Assembly (NCBI RefSeq): GCF_000281045.1
Contig: NW_008246070.1
Location: 149,543 to 213,542 of the forward strand
Source of the DNA: Saprolegnia diclina VS20
Lineage: Eukaryota
Reading direction: 5' to 3'
DNA length: 64,000 nt
Positions within the stretch are counted from its first letter, which is position 1, and every line of letters starts with the position of its first letter. Shown one piece after another: positions 46,896 to 59,886 of the stretch. The notes below the pieces were generated by a model. The model was not told where the DNA came from. It did not search any database and saw nothing but the letters and a program-made list of their open reading frames with translations. Both the position numbers and the translations under genes were made by a program.

Positions 46896-48577
46896 ATGAT
46901 GTCCGAGAGAACGCTCCTCGTGCATGACCCGCTGCGGCGCATGGCGCTGCAGGCGAAGGAGGAGCCCCAGGTGCATGTCGCTACCGAGCTCTCGTCCCTC
47001 CTGCGGCTGGCAGGCCCCATGGTACCGCGCCCGCGTCGCCCTACCGCTCCACTTTTCCCCACGTTAGGTCTTGACACTCCTGCTCGAGTACCTGCCCGGC
47101 GTCACCAACGTCATCTTGGCTGGGCAAATGCCAGGAAGCAGCGTCTCGGCCAAGTACGTGGCCGCGGCCGCCATGTCGAGCACGGTGCTCAAACTCAAAA
47201 TGCTCTGTGTAACCATGACCTCTCTTTGTACTATAGTACCTCAACGTCACGTCGATTGCAATCGTACTGGGCTTTGCGACAGCCGTCGATACGCTCGGAT
47301 CGAAAGGACCGTTCAAGCGCGACGAGCTCCTACCGAGCGCGTGCATGGCCTTCACCGCCGTACGCTTTGCATAGTCTCGAGGCTCTACGCGCTCATTCGG
47401 ATCATTTCGCCTAGATGTGCGTGCCCATCTGTCTTCTCAACGTTCATGCAGCGTCCATTCTGCGCTTCTTGGGCCAGGACCCGTCGCTCGCGCTTCTCGC
47501 GGGCGACATCATCCAGTGGTCGACGCTGGGTCTGCCGTTCCTCTTCCTGTACGAAGTGCTGAAGAAGCAACTGCACCTCCAAGGCATCGTTGGTCCTCCG
47601 ATTCTGGTCGCTCTCACGAGCAACGTCCTGCACATTGCGCTCGGATATGCGCTCACGCAGTTTACGAGCCTTGGTGTGGCGGGTGTCGGCCTCGCGCGGG
47701 CGGTTGCGTACCTTGCGCTGCCCGGTTTGCTTCTCTGGCACATGCAGCGACGGGGCCTTACATCGTCATGGGCACTCCCGACGCGTGCGAGCGTCTGCAC
47801 ATTTGCGCGATACGGCCTCCCAGGCACGGCGACCATGCAGCTTGAGTGGGGTGCGCTGGCGCTGCTCGTGCTCGTCTCTGGCCGGCTGCCCGACCCGATC
47901 ACGGCCGTCGGCGTCAATTCGGTCCGTGTTTTGTTTTATTTTACGGGAAAATGACGTAGCAGCGTAGATTTTCGTCACCTTGCTCTCACTCTTGTACGTG
48001 CTCTTTTACGGTCTCTCGCTTGCGATCGCAGCGCGCCTGCGATTTTTTCTGGGTGCCAACCGCCCGCGCCACGCATCCGCGACCGTGCAGCTCGGCTACG
48101 CGGTGTGTATTGTGGGCGCGACGGTCACATGTAGCAGCATCTTCTTGGGGCGCTCGCTGCTCTCGACCGCCTTCCTCGCGTACGATCCTGCCATTCTCAC
48201 GTACACATTCGTTATCACCAGCAACGAAGTCATTGCTACGGCGGTGTAGGCGGGCGACCGTGGCCGTGCTCTTTGTCATACCGCTGCACTTTCTTGACGC
48301 GCTCAACGCAGTCTCGCAAGGCGTCTTGCGCGGCATCGACCGTCCGGGCTCTGCGACGTTCGTCAACGTTGTTGCGTACTACGTCGTCGGCCTCCTCCTC
48401 GCATCGTACTGCGCCTTCTTCCTCGAGCTCGACCTCGAAGGGCTTTGGATCGGGTATGCGCTCGGCCTCGTCTTTGCGGGCGGCATCTACTGGGTCCTCT
48501 TGAGCCACATCAGCTGGAAGCGCATGGCCTTCGAGGCGTTCACGCGAGCCCAGGTCCCCCATCTCCCCAACGTGTAG
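46896..48577 (+). CDS. MATE efflux transporter 2 (divergent)
   Basis: GFATAVDTL, LEWGAL, RFFLGANRP and LEGLWIG; exon pattern shared with the neighbours. Confidence 0.85.
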
Positions 48578-49437
48578 CGGCGCCTGCCACGAGTCGCCAT
48601 TTGATTGGACCATTCGAAATTTTTGTCGCACTTGATTGGTTGATTATTTCAAAGGGATCGCGAGAGCTGAAAATTGTGGATCGAGCAGCACGCTGATGCA
48701 TCACACGCGCTTTCCCCGCAGCCATTGCTGCTTGCCTGAGCTACTCGTTGATCGCCGGACGAGCTACTTGCGCGGCTGCTTACGCCGAGCCGTTGGCGTG
48801 CCATCATACGCAGTAATGAATGGTCTGCGCGATGCACGTGATCGATGATAGGCCATACCAGTCAAGCCCTGCTATCACCACGCCCACTGGACCAAAGGTC
48901 TGCATGTGCGCATCGAAGTATTTTCTTGTTCGGTGCATTAGCTACGCACTTGAAGCCGAGGCAGCCACGCAGATCTGTGAGATGGAGATGGTGGTATGCA
49001 CGCCACGCGCCGTCGCCAGCGAGTGCCCCCATCAGCGACAAGTGATCTTTGGCTGGCGTCAAACTTGCATATCAGATATCACCGTGCCTGACCAAGGGCG
49101 AACGTGGTCCACTCGTGGCGAGTCTTTGGCCGACCGAAGATTGCCAACGGAAGAGGAGCGGTCTGTCATCCCCACAGCGTGCATGCTCCGTGGCACTAAA
49201 CATAAAGCTGTTGGCGCATGGGATGAGCTCGCTATTCTCGTCTGCTCGCGTATCGTAGATCTTCTAGCGCACGTGGGTGCTGTCGCTGGGTGCACTCGCT
49301 GGGTGGGAATCTTGGCGGCCGACTTGGCCTTTCCAGGGAAACTTCGAACGACCAATCCGCGCCCGCGACGGCGTTTCCTGGCGTTTGATTGGTCACTGTC
49401 TCCGGCTCTATCACAAGCATCCTCATTTCGCAATCCG

Positions 49438-51105
49438 ATGGCCGGGCATCAAGCAGTTGTGCGCAAGGAGGAGAAGCTCCCGCTGGTGAAGGACCACTCG
49501 GACCACACGCTCTGCCTCCACGCCAAGGAGGAGACGCTGCCCGATGCGCGCGAGGAGTGGTGGCACCTCGTCACGCTCGCCGGGCCCGTGGTACGTTCCC
49601 GCATCCGAGTCCGTCCGTGCTCACCATGCCATGTAGATCTTTACGCTGCTCATGGAGTACATCCCGAGCTCGACCAACATCGTGCTTGTGGGCCAAATGC
49701 AGTCGGAGCTCACAAAGGAGTACGTGGACGCGGCCGCCATCTCGGGCATGGTACGCCTGTCTCGACGCATCGCGAGTGCTCATGACGAATGCTAGTACCT
49801 TACGATCACGTCGCTCTCGGCGGGCCTGGGCATGTCGACGGCCATGGACACTCTCTGTAACCAAGCGGCGGGCGCGGGCCACACGTACAAGTTTGGCATC
49901 TACCTCCAAAGCGCGCTCCTCGGCCTCAGCATCGTGTTTGTGCCAGTCTTCCTCCTTAACTGGTTCTGCGGCGACATCCTCGTGCTGCTCGGCCAAGACG
50001 CGTCCATCTCGCACATGGCTGGCGTCTTTACGCGCTGGACGATCCCTGGCCTGCCGTTCCTCTTCGTCTACGAGATCCTCAAGAAGATGATCCAAGCCCA
50101 TGACATTGTCATGCCGATGCTCGTCATGACGTTCCTCAGCAACGTCATCCACGTCGGCCTTGGCTACTACTTTGTGCACCACACGAGCCTCGGGTTCTAC
50201 GGCGCGTCGATGGCGCGGACCGTCGCGTACGTCGCGCTCCTCCTCATGATGGTGCCGTACTTTGCCATCAACCCGCTCTACCGCGAGTGGGAGCTGCGCT
50301 GGAGCTACGCCGACGCGCGCGCGCACCTCTGGCAGTTCTTCAAGTTTGGTCTCCCGGGCCTCTTCATGCTCGTCTTTGAGTACGGCGCGTTTGAGATTCT
50401 CACCTTGCTCTCGGGGCTCATGCCCAACGCCGTCGTCACGATCGGTGTCAACTCGGTATTTTTTTCTATCAATCTATCAATCTTTCAAGGGAACTGATAT
50501 CGTGCTACCTTGCTAGATCATGACCAACACGATCGCGCTCATCTACATGATCTACTTTGGTATTGCGACGTCGGCCAACATCCGCGTCGGCAACATGCTT
50601 GGCGGAAACAAGCCGCACCACGCCGAGCTCATCATGAAGATGGCGTACTCGCTCTGCCTCTGTTGCACGCTTTTGACGGGCGCGCTCATCTTCTTCTCGC
50701 GCAGCATTTTGCCCCAAGTCTTTATCAACGACCCCGAAGTCATTGCGTAGGCGCTGGTATCTCTATGAGCGAAGGACGCAATGATTTGTGCGTAGGCGCG
50801 CGACCACCGCCCTCGTGTTTGTGATCCCGTTGCACATGAGCGACGCAATGAACGCCGTCTCGCAGGGCGTGCTCCAGTCGATGGGCCAGCAGCACATCGC
50901 GACGATCACGAATGGCTGCGCGTACTACATGGTGGGCATCCCCACCGCGTGCGTCCTCGGCTTCTACTTGGACTGGAGCATCGAAGGGCTCTGGGCCGGC
51001 TTTACCTTTGGGTCCCTGGCCGCCTGCACCGTCTACTACTTTGTTCTGCGCCGCGTCGACTGGTCCAAGATGGCGCACGACGCCGTCTTGCGCACGGAAG
51101 AGTAG
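49438..51105 (+). CDS. MATE efflux transporter 3
   Basis: GMSTAMDTLCNQAAGAG, FEYGAFE, IRVGNMLGGNKP and SIEGLWAG. Confidence 0.93.
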
Positions 51106-51208
51106 ATGCTCGTCAACACTAAGCTTCAACGCAATAAGAAGTTACTTGAAGGTAACCGGATGGGCCAATCGGACGCCGCGGGCGCGATCTTTGGGAAAGG
51201 GCGCACGC

Positions 51209-53381
51209 ATGGCGGCAGTCCAGGCGCACGAGTTCGAGCTCGACCTCTCGGCCGTGCGCGCCCGCAACACGGTCTTGTCGCGGACGTATGGACGGCAAGT
51301 GCTCTTGAACAAGGCGGCACATGACCGAGAGGGCCCGGCTAGCGCGCGACGAAGCAGCCCGCCGACGCGGCCACTGAACCGGGCGGTGCAGACCGCGCGC
51401 GCCGCGCCGCTGTCGCCCCGGCGCGGCTGTCCAACCATCGAATCCATCTTGCTACAGCGGCAGCTGCCCGAGGCAGCGCCTCCAGCGACGCCATCGCCAG
51501 CGACCTTTGTCGACTCGCTCGAGGTTGCGCTGCAGGCCATGGATGCGCAGTCGGTGCAGCGGCGCATAGTCGCGAGCCCGTCGCGCGCGCTTCTCGTACC
51601 AGCACGCAAAAAGGTTGGCGGCGAGCGGACCACCGACGCGATTACAGCGTGGTTTCAACGACAAGAGTACTACCTGCGCAAGCGGCGCGTGGCCGAGAGC
51701 GACCGGGCCACGTACCTCGCGACCCCGTCGCTCGCCATCAAGTCGATCAGCATCGAGATGCTCAAAACGCTGCAGGCCAACGACGACGCGCTGCAGCTCG
51801 AAGGTGCAAATCGCGCACGTTGCCGACAGCGACCATGTCTTTCTAGGACGCCTCTTGGCGCAAAAGCTCGACGGGCTCCGACGCAAACTGCAGAGCACCG
51901 CGCAGACCATTGGCGCGCTCCGTCGACGGGGCGCGCCGCTCTCCGATGTCGACGCGTGTCGAGAAGCCATCGAAGCCATGGAAGGCACGCTCGCTGCGTT
52001 TCGGTCCAACCAGCATGGCCAGTTTGACGACCTCGTCGTCCACGAAGGCCAGCTCCAGCACAATGTACATCCTCCAACTTCGTTCACTGGGATGAATTCG
52101 CATCCTTAGCTGCTCCGCTTTGAGTCCAAGCTCGAGGGATGGTCCAACGAGCGCCCAATCGACCGCCCGACAACGGGCAAGGCGCCGCGACCCGCCGTAG
52201 CGTCCGCGGCCATTGACGTCGACACACTCCAGGACATTGAGCGCGTGCGTATGCTCGATGATCTCTTGCACGAGACGGGCGATGCGTGCGGCGGCTGGGC
52301 GTACGACGACCACGCGCACTTTGTCGCGCTGCTGCACGCGTCGGGGCTCACAGACGCAGACGACCTCGTCGCGTACTTTGCAACCACCACAAGCATCGAC
52401 GAGCCAACCGGCGACGACGACGACTCGGTGGCCGACGAGATTGCGCACCTCGACCAACGCGCGGCGATTGCTGGCAAATTGGGTCTCTTCAAGACCAAGT
52501 GCCACGCCAAGCTGCCGTTCAAGTCCACGAGCGCAGTGCAGACGCACCTCGAGTGGTACGCGCAGCACCTCTCGCTGCTGCAGGCCAAGAAGAAGACGAT
52601 TGCGACGTGGCGAGAGCGCAAGAAGAGTCTCGAGCGACGCCAAGCGACCGCTTCGAGCCACAACAACGAGCGCCCCGTGGCGCGGTCGTCGCGCACTGTG
52701 ACCGAGCTTGCGGCGCGTCAGCGGAAGAAGACGCTCATCCTCGAGTGGAAGGCGGCGAAAGCGCGGCAGTCGCAGCGCCTCGAGCCAGAGACGCTCACTG
52801 CACAGGCGTCCGTGGCGACGCTCGTACTTTCATGGACATGTAGCATGCAAGCTAATGCAACACGAATTAGAAACGCATCGAGATCAAGCAAAAGGTCGCG
52901 CTCTACAAGCTCGAGAAGGAGGAGGAGCAGATGCGGCAAGCGAGCCTCTCGGAGCTCATGAAGCCCCTGGCCCGCGCTCCTTCCAAGGTCCATGCGCCGA
53001 CAATGCAACTCGCTAAAGATCTCCTAGGAGCAACTCATGACGTCGGCCGAGCGGGCTGTCCACGCCGCCAAAGTCCGCCTGGAGAAGGTGCTCGCCAACG
53101 CTGCTGCAACGCGCCAGGCAGCAGAGCTACCAGTGCGACCAAAATCGTCTCGGCAGTTGGTCGCCAGCGCGAGCTCGGACGTGCTCAAACCGACCGCCGC
53201 GTCGGCGGCGCGGGCAATGACGCCGGACGAGGTCGAGCAGCAGAGCGCAGCGCGGACGGCGCGGGTCGCCCATCGCGGCTACATACCCGGGGCAGATGGC
53301 GCTGCGCACGTCAAAGGCCGGAGCTTCGGCCACGTACCCAGCCAGCCCCGGGCCACGCCCGAGTGGCGCAAGCGTCTCTAA
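51209..53381 (+). CDS. CCDC112-like coiled-coil protein, multi-exon
   Basis: GGWAYDDHAHF and VQTHLEWY...KKKTIATW resemble the CCDC112/CCDC148 conserved block. Confidence 0.6.
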
Positions 53382-53532
53382 CTCAACGTGAACTTGTTTT
53401 TGAGTTCCGCGACTTCGTTTTGAGAATTGCGATGTTTTGAATTTTGTTCGAAGGACCTGTGAAACATGATATTAAGTCTCGTAGGCTCGAGTGGTAGAAC
53501 CAGCATTGCAGCAGGTTGAGCAGGTCGAGCGC

Positions 53533-55999
53533 ATGAGCCAGCGATTCCCGATGCCCCGGTGGTACGACCGAGACGCGCCATGGACGGAGCTTAAGCTGCA
53601 TGTAGGGCTGGCGCCCCGACACATGCCAACGTCAAGGGCCACATTGAGGTCGTCAAGGATGGCGCCGTGCTGGACAAGGTCGCCATCGGCCAGCAAGCCT
53701 GCACCGTCTTTGGCCGCAATAGCGACGTCTGCGATGTTGAGCTCGCGCACGAGACGATCTCGCGGCAGCATGCTGCTATCGTGCACACAAAGACGGGCTC
53801 GATCGAGATCATGGACCTCGGCTCTGCCCAAGGCACGACCGTGGACGGCGAGCCTCTCCATGGGGACGAGCGGCGGGTCTTGACCAACGGCAGCGAAGTC
53901 CGCTTTGGTAAAAGCTCGCGCGTGTACATTGTACGCGGTCTGCACGCCAAGGACGAAGCCCCGGTGCCGTTGCCGGTGGTGGCCGACGAGATCGCGTCGC
54001 TGCCGACAGGATTTGCCAAGCAAGGGACGACAAAGCAGCTCAGCCAGAAGGAGCTCGAGCGCAAGCAGCGCGAGGAAGAGATCCTCAAGATGACGATGGA
54101 TATGATGGCGTCGGCGCCGCAATTCACGAGCGTCGCCGTCGACGAGCCCGCACCAACCGAGGAGGTGGACGAAACCAACAGCGATGACGAGGACGATCAC
54201 GCCGACGACAACGAGGGCGAGCATAGCGACAAGAAGAAGCCGGCATCGTCGTCGCTCTACGACTCGGGCCCCGAGTCCGACTCGGACGACGACGACAACG
54301 AGGGCCAGGACGACGTCGCGCAGCGCTACAACATCCCAATCACCAATGAGGTCGTGCTCTCGGCGCACGCCAAGACCGTCTCGTGCATCGCTGTCGACGC
54401 CTCCGGTGGCCGCGTCGCGACAGGCTCGATGGACTACCACATGAAGCTCTGGGACTTTGCCGGCATGGCGCGCCACGTCCGGCCCTTCCGCGACTCGGAG
54501 GTCGAAGATGGCCACCCGCTCATGGCGCTGAGTTACAGCCCGACCGGCGATCGCGTACGACGTTCTACCTCTTCCTGTCGTCCTCAACGACTCCTTCCTA
54601 CGTAGGTCCTCGCGGTCACGGGCTCGGCGCAGCCCAAGGTGTTTTCGCGCGAAGGCGTCTTTGAGCTTCAGTTTACAAAAGGCGACCCGTACCTGTTGGA
54701 CATGGTGCACACGAAGGGCCACACGGCGTCGTGCTCGGGCGGCAGCTGGCACCCGCTGCTCAAGGACACGATGATCACGTCCGGTCTCGACGGCGCCGTG
54801 CGCGTCTGGAAGCTCAACGGCAAAACGTCGTTCGACAAGCTCCTCAACGACGCGGTGCTTAAACTCAAGTCGCGCCAAGGCAAGCGCACCGAAGTCACTG
54901 CCTGCGCCTACAGCATCGACGGCGGCTTGATTGCGGGTGCGACGACCGACGCGCTGGTGTACGCCTACGACTTGCGCCGGTCGCACGCCGGCGCGGCGTG
55001 GAAGCTCGACGCGCACAAGCCGGGCAGCCCCGACCTTGGGATTTCGAGCATCCGTTTCTCGCCGGATGGCAAGATGCTCGCGACGCGGTCCGCAAGCGAC
55101 GACTGCGTCAAGCTCTGGGACATGCGCAAGCCGTCGACACCGGTCAAGACGGTACGTCCATGTTCGTTGGCGCTCGACTCTACATTGCTCTTGTAGTACC
55201 AAGGGATTGAGACTGTGTTCTCAATGGCGAACCTCGCCTTCAACGGCGTTGGGTCGGCGCTCGTCGTCGGCTCCGGCGTCCGTGCCGGGTCGGGCGACCG
55301 CGGCCAAGTGCACTTCCTCGACGTCTACACGGCGACCACGACGCCCTTGCGGTCGGTTCCGATGGCCGAGGACGAGAGCGCGGTCAGCGTCGCGTGGCAT
55401 GCCGGCATCAACCAAGTACACTCTCAATGTCGCCCTCTCAAACTCAAGTCGCAACGTAGGTGTTTGTGGGCGGCACCTCGAGCAACGTGCGTGTGCTGTA
55501 CGACCCGGCGTTGAGCGCCAAGGGCGTCCTCTTGAGCGCGACCAAGAAGCTGCCGGTCGTCACTGCGGGCTTTGTGCGTCTCGACTCGCTCAGTGAAGGC
55601 CGCGTCGTCAACCCGCACGCGCTGCCCATGTACCGCGAGACGTCGACGACGGTCACGAAGCGCAAGTACGCCAAGGTGCGCATGGACCCGATCGCGTCGC
55701 AGATTCCCGAGCGGCCGCTCACGGGCGTTGGCGTCGCCGGGCGGACGGGCGGCAACACATTCACGCAGTTCTTCATGCGCGACCACGTCAAGTCGGCGTC
55801 CATTCGCAGCGAAGACCCGCGCGAAGCGATCCTCAAGTATGCCAAGGCGGCGGCCGAGAACCCGACGTTCCTTGGCTCGGCGTACGCCGACTCGCAGCCG
55901 CAGGACAAGCTCGACGCGCGCTACCAGCTCATGACGCAGACGCTCGAGGAAGAGAAGATTGCGAAAGAAGACGAGGCGCGCCGGCTCCTCGACATATAA
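53533..55999 (+). CDS. WDR70: FHA domain fused to WDR70/GAD-1 WD40 protein
   Basis: FHA FGRN..CD..LAHETISRQHA...DLGSAQGT; WDR70 PITNEVVL.AH.KTVS, WDFAGM, KGDPYLLDMVHTKGH, NPHALPMY and EDPREAILKY. Confidence 0.88.
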
Positions 56000-56089
56000 G
56001 AACGATAAGACGAGGAGAAGAGGGTTGAAAACCTAACTTACAAATATACAAATCTATGCAGCCGTCGACGGTGCGAGAGACATGGGCTT

Positions 56090-57160
56090 TTACTCGTCGT
56101 CGCTGGCATCGTCGCTGGCGTCGTCGCTACCGGCGTCGTCGTCGCTGGCAGCCGCGGCGACCGGCTCGGGCTTGGCGGCTTCGGGCACGACCTTGGCCTT
56201 GCCGAGGAAGTGCGGCTTCAAGAGCTTGTTCATCGAGAACATGGTGACCGAGGGCTCGCCAAAGAGCGACGTGAGCAGCTCGTTGCAAACGATTTCCTGC
56301 TTGTTTTCGGGGTTCTGGAGCTCGTTCTCCTTGATGTACGCCCAGAGACGCTTGACGACCTGCGGGCGGCTCAGCACCGACTCGCCGAGGATCGCGCCGA
56401 GTTCCTTCGAGAGCTCGAGCGGCGCGTTGATGCCCGTGTTGGGCGCCGGCGCCGCACGCTTGGGCTTCTCGCCCTTTTCCTTGCCAGCGGCGGCCACCTT
56501 GCGCGCGGCCTTGACCGCTTTCTTGCGTTCCTTCTCGGCCGTCTTGGCCTCGTCCTCCTCGCTCGACTCGCCGTCGCGGATGATGTCGTCCCAGCCGTTG
56601 ACGACTTCCGATTCCTTCTTGACGTGGCGCTTGAGGAACTTGTTCATGGAGAACATCGTGAACGAGTCGCGCTTGAAGACGCCCTTCAGCGTGTCGTCGA
56701 GCAAGATCGTGCGCTTGTCCGACGGGTCCTGGAGGCCGTGGTCGCGAATGTAGTCCCACATCTTCTTGACGAGCTGCGGGCGCGACGACTTTTCCACGCC
56801 AAGCACCTGCGCGAGCTCGGGGCTCAAAACCATCTCGGACGCAAAGCCGCCACCGCCGCCACCGCCTTCCTTCTTGGGCGCACGCTTCTTGGGCGCAGCC
56901 TTGGCCTTGGTGACCTTGGCGCGCTTGGCCGGCGGCGCATCGTCCTCCGAGTCGTTCTCGTCGTCATCGTCGTCGTCGTCATTTTGCTCCTCAATAATCT
57001 TGGTGATCTGCGCGTTGATGAACGTCTTTTGCTCTTCCATGGACTCGCCGAACTGCGTCTCGAGCTGCTTGCGCACCATCTTGCGCGAGAGCGTCTCGAG
57101 GTCCGAGGACGCGAGGATCTTGCGGATCGCCTTGGCCAGGTCCGTCGTCTTGGTCTTCAT
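56090..57160 (-). CDS. DEK-C + double SWIB/MDM2 domain protein (UAF30/Spp27/Tri1-like), intronless
   Basis: N-terminal DEK-C helices and two LSxELxxxLG...SRPQxVKxxWxYI..LQxP repeats. Confidence 0.92.
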   Translation of the reverse strand: MKTKTTDLAKAIRKILASSDLETLSRKMVRKQLETQFGESMEEQKTFINAQITKIIEEQNDDDDDDDENDSEDDAPPAKRAKVTKAKAAPKKRAPKKEGGGGGGGFASEMVLSPELAQVLGVEKSSRPQLVKKMWDYIRDHGLQDPSDKRTILLDDTLKGVFKRDSFTMFSMNKFLKRHVKKESEVVNGWDDIIRDGESSEEDEAKTAEKERKKAVKAARKVAAAGKEKGEKPKRAAPAPNTGINAPLELSKELGAILGESVLSRPQVVKRLWAYIKENELQNPENKQEIVCNELLTSLFGEPSVTMFSMNKLLKPHFLGKAKVVPEAAKPEPVAAAASDDDAGSDDASDDASDDE

Positions 57161-57745
57161 GCTGCGGCTGCCGAGGTGGAAATAGTAGTGTTTTTTTGGC
57201 CGCGGAAAAAAGCCTCCGACTGAGTGGCGGTAGGGTTACCCCGAGGTCCAATCGCAATGGTCCGCCTTCCCTTGCTGCCTGCGCCAATGAAAAAGGACCT
57301 TCGCATCGAGGTCGTTTCGCGCCTATTTATATATTCATATTCATATTAATATTCGCCCGAAGAGATTGAAATGGGTCGGATATTGGCTGTGTTTGCATTA
57401 TAGCCAATCCCAAATGCAGAGAAGCCGAATACACGTTTTCATTGGCGGATATTATGCTGATTTCTTCTCGGCCGACAGGACCGGCCTCGCGACCGACGCT
57501 CGTGAACGCTGGAGGAAGCGCAGGTGACCTTCAGAATGGCTCAAGGACACGGAGGCGGCGACGCTGTTTTAGTACAGTTAATCGTGTGACGGGAGAGACG
57601 ACGATGCGGCGCCAAGTGGGTGGTGCAGACGTTGGCGGAGAAGACACGCAACCACCGAGCAGTTGCGTGCGCGTAGACTCCGGGATTTCTCCGGAAAAAG
57701 CTGGATCCCAACTCAACGATCTTTGAGCAAGAACGACGAAGGAAG

Positions 57746-59210
57746 ATGGGCAAGACTTGGCGAGCGGTGCGACTGCTGCTGGTCGGGTGGGCGGTGCGCG
57801 TGGCGAGCGTCGAGACGCCGTCGCAAGTGCACTTGGCGATCGCCGGCGACGACTTTAGCGGCATGGCTTTTTCGTGGGTCACGCCAACGGCCAGCGCCTC
57901 GAGTGTCAAGTATGGGCGCGACGCAGCCGCGCTCGACGGCCGCGCCACGGCGACGACGCCCAGCGCACAATACACGTTTTGCAACTACACGTCCGGCTAC
58001 CTCCACCATGTGGTCGTGCCGACGCTGTCGCCGCGATCGACCTATTTCTGTACGCGCGCCACGGACCATGGGCGGAGCACAATCTCACCAATGTCGCCAT
58101 AGATGTCGTCGGCAGTGACGAGTCGGGCTGGTCGGTGCCGACGGCCTTCAAGACGCCGCCGCGGCGTGGCGACCTCGCGGCGCCGCTATCGATCGCGATC
58201 CTCGGCGACCTCGGGCAAACCGAGGACTCGCGGCGCACGCTCGCGCACGTGCAGGCGCAGCCCGACCTCGACGCGATCTTCGTGGCAGGTACACTGCTAC
58301 CACATGCCACGTTGCGCTGCGGCGTCGTTTGCCCTTGTCGCTACGTTCTCATCTACTTGAAATCTAGGTGACCTCTCGTACGCAGACACGGTCCAGGAGC
58401 GATGGGATTCTTGGGGGCAGCTGGTTGCACCGTCGACAGCCACGACGCCATGGTAGGATTCTGCGGCTAACAGATGAGGCCTATCTGATGCGACAACGTA
58501 CTAGGATGGTGGGACCTGGCAACCACGAAATTGAGCTCTCATGCTCGCTGCAGCCGTTCGTCGCGTACCAAGCGCGCTTCCGCATGCCGGCCGCCGAGAG
58601 CGGCGCGCCACGCGGCAACCTGTTCTACGCGTTTGACCTCGGGATGCTGCACGTGATTGTGCTGACGCCGTACGTCCCGACGTTTCGCGGCTCTTCGCAG
58701 TACGCGTGGCTGCAGCGCGACTTGGGGCGCGTCGATCGGTCGCGCACGCCGTGGGTTCTCGTGCTTATGCACGCGCCGTGGTACAACAGCAACACGGCGC
58801 ACCAGAACCACCACGAGCCGCAGCACGTCATGAAGAAGGACATGGAGACGCTGCTTTACGAGGCCCGCGTCAACGCCGTCTTTGCGGGCCACGTCCACGC
58901 GTACGAGCGGTCGCGCCCCGTGTACAAGGACACTCCGCACCAGAGCGGGCCCGTTTACATTACCATTGGGGATGGAGGCAACCGCGAAGGCCTCGCCGAG
59001 ACGTTCATCGAGCCCGCGCCAGTGTGGTCCGCGTACCGTGCGGCCAAGTACGCGTCCATATTTATCTGACGAGGCCGACCATATCTTACGATTAGATATG
59101 GGTACGGGCACCTCGACATCGCCAACGCTTCCCACGCGCGGTTTACGTGGCATGTCGGCGATGGTGTCGCCGACCACGTCTGGCTCGAGCACCACGTACA
59201 GCCTGTATGA
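57746..59210 (+). CDS. Secreted purple acid phosphatase, multi-exon
   Basis: Signal-like N-terminus, PSQVHLA, and metal motifs GDLG, GDLSY, GNHE, VLMH and GHVH. Confidence 0.93.
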
Positions 59211-59886
59211 GCTAGTACGATGCCACGAGTGTGAATAATATGTGGGTCGGGATCTGGATCTGAATGATGACGCACACCAGATAAGGACGACGATCATGCA
59301 GGACTGGCTCGATAGAGTGGAAGAGACGCGATCTGGGCCGGTGAGAGTAGGGCGATTTTGCGAGAGACACCAACTCTTTGTGGACGCCGGCTGCGCCCAC
59401 GTTGTTTCTGCCCCGCGCGCGCTGTCGCAGGCAATCTGGGTTTGCTACTCGTTGAAGCCTGGTTCTCGACCGCACCTTTGGCCCAGGGGTCGGCAACATC
59501 TGGAGCCACATGCAGCCATGTGGGCGAGTATTCTCGTGGTCTACCTCGCCTGATATATGCCTGGTCAAGACGACAAACGTTTAGTTTAGTGTTCTTCACA
59601 GTGCACGACGAGCGCCAAATTGCAGCAGCTGCGCGGAGTTACAATCGGCGGCCGTAGAAACACCTTGTGTGACGTGGCGAGGGTTGAAGCTTTCTTTCGT
59701 TTGGTAATACGCGCACCGTCCACCTCTTTAGCTCGAGTCGCACGGTGCTCGGCGCTGGATGTCGATCACATTAGACGCTCCGAGGCGGTGATTACGACAG
59801 CGCCGAGCTGGTTCGCGGACGCTCTCAAATCGTATGGTCGCCAATTTGGGGGCGCGGACGACGACCATATTGCAATTGCCCTTCGA

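Noticed and set aside
48820..49437. Upstream in-frame extension of MATE3 in the ORF track
   Set aside because: Composition is non-coding-like; CCAAT boxes and a CTCATTT initiator-like motif directly precede ATG 49438, and this start matches the paralogues.
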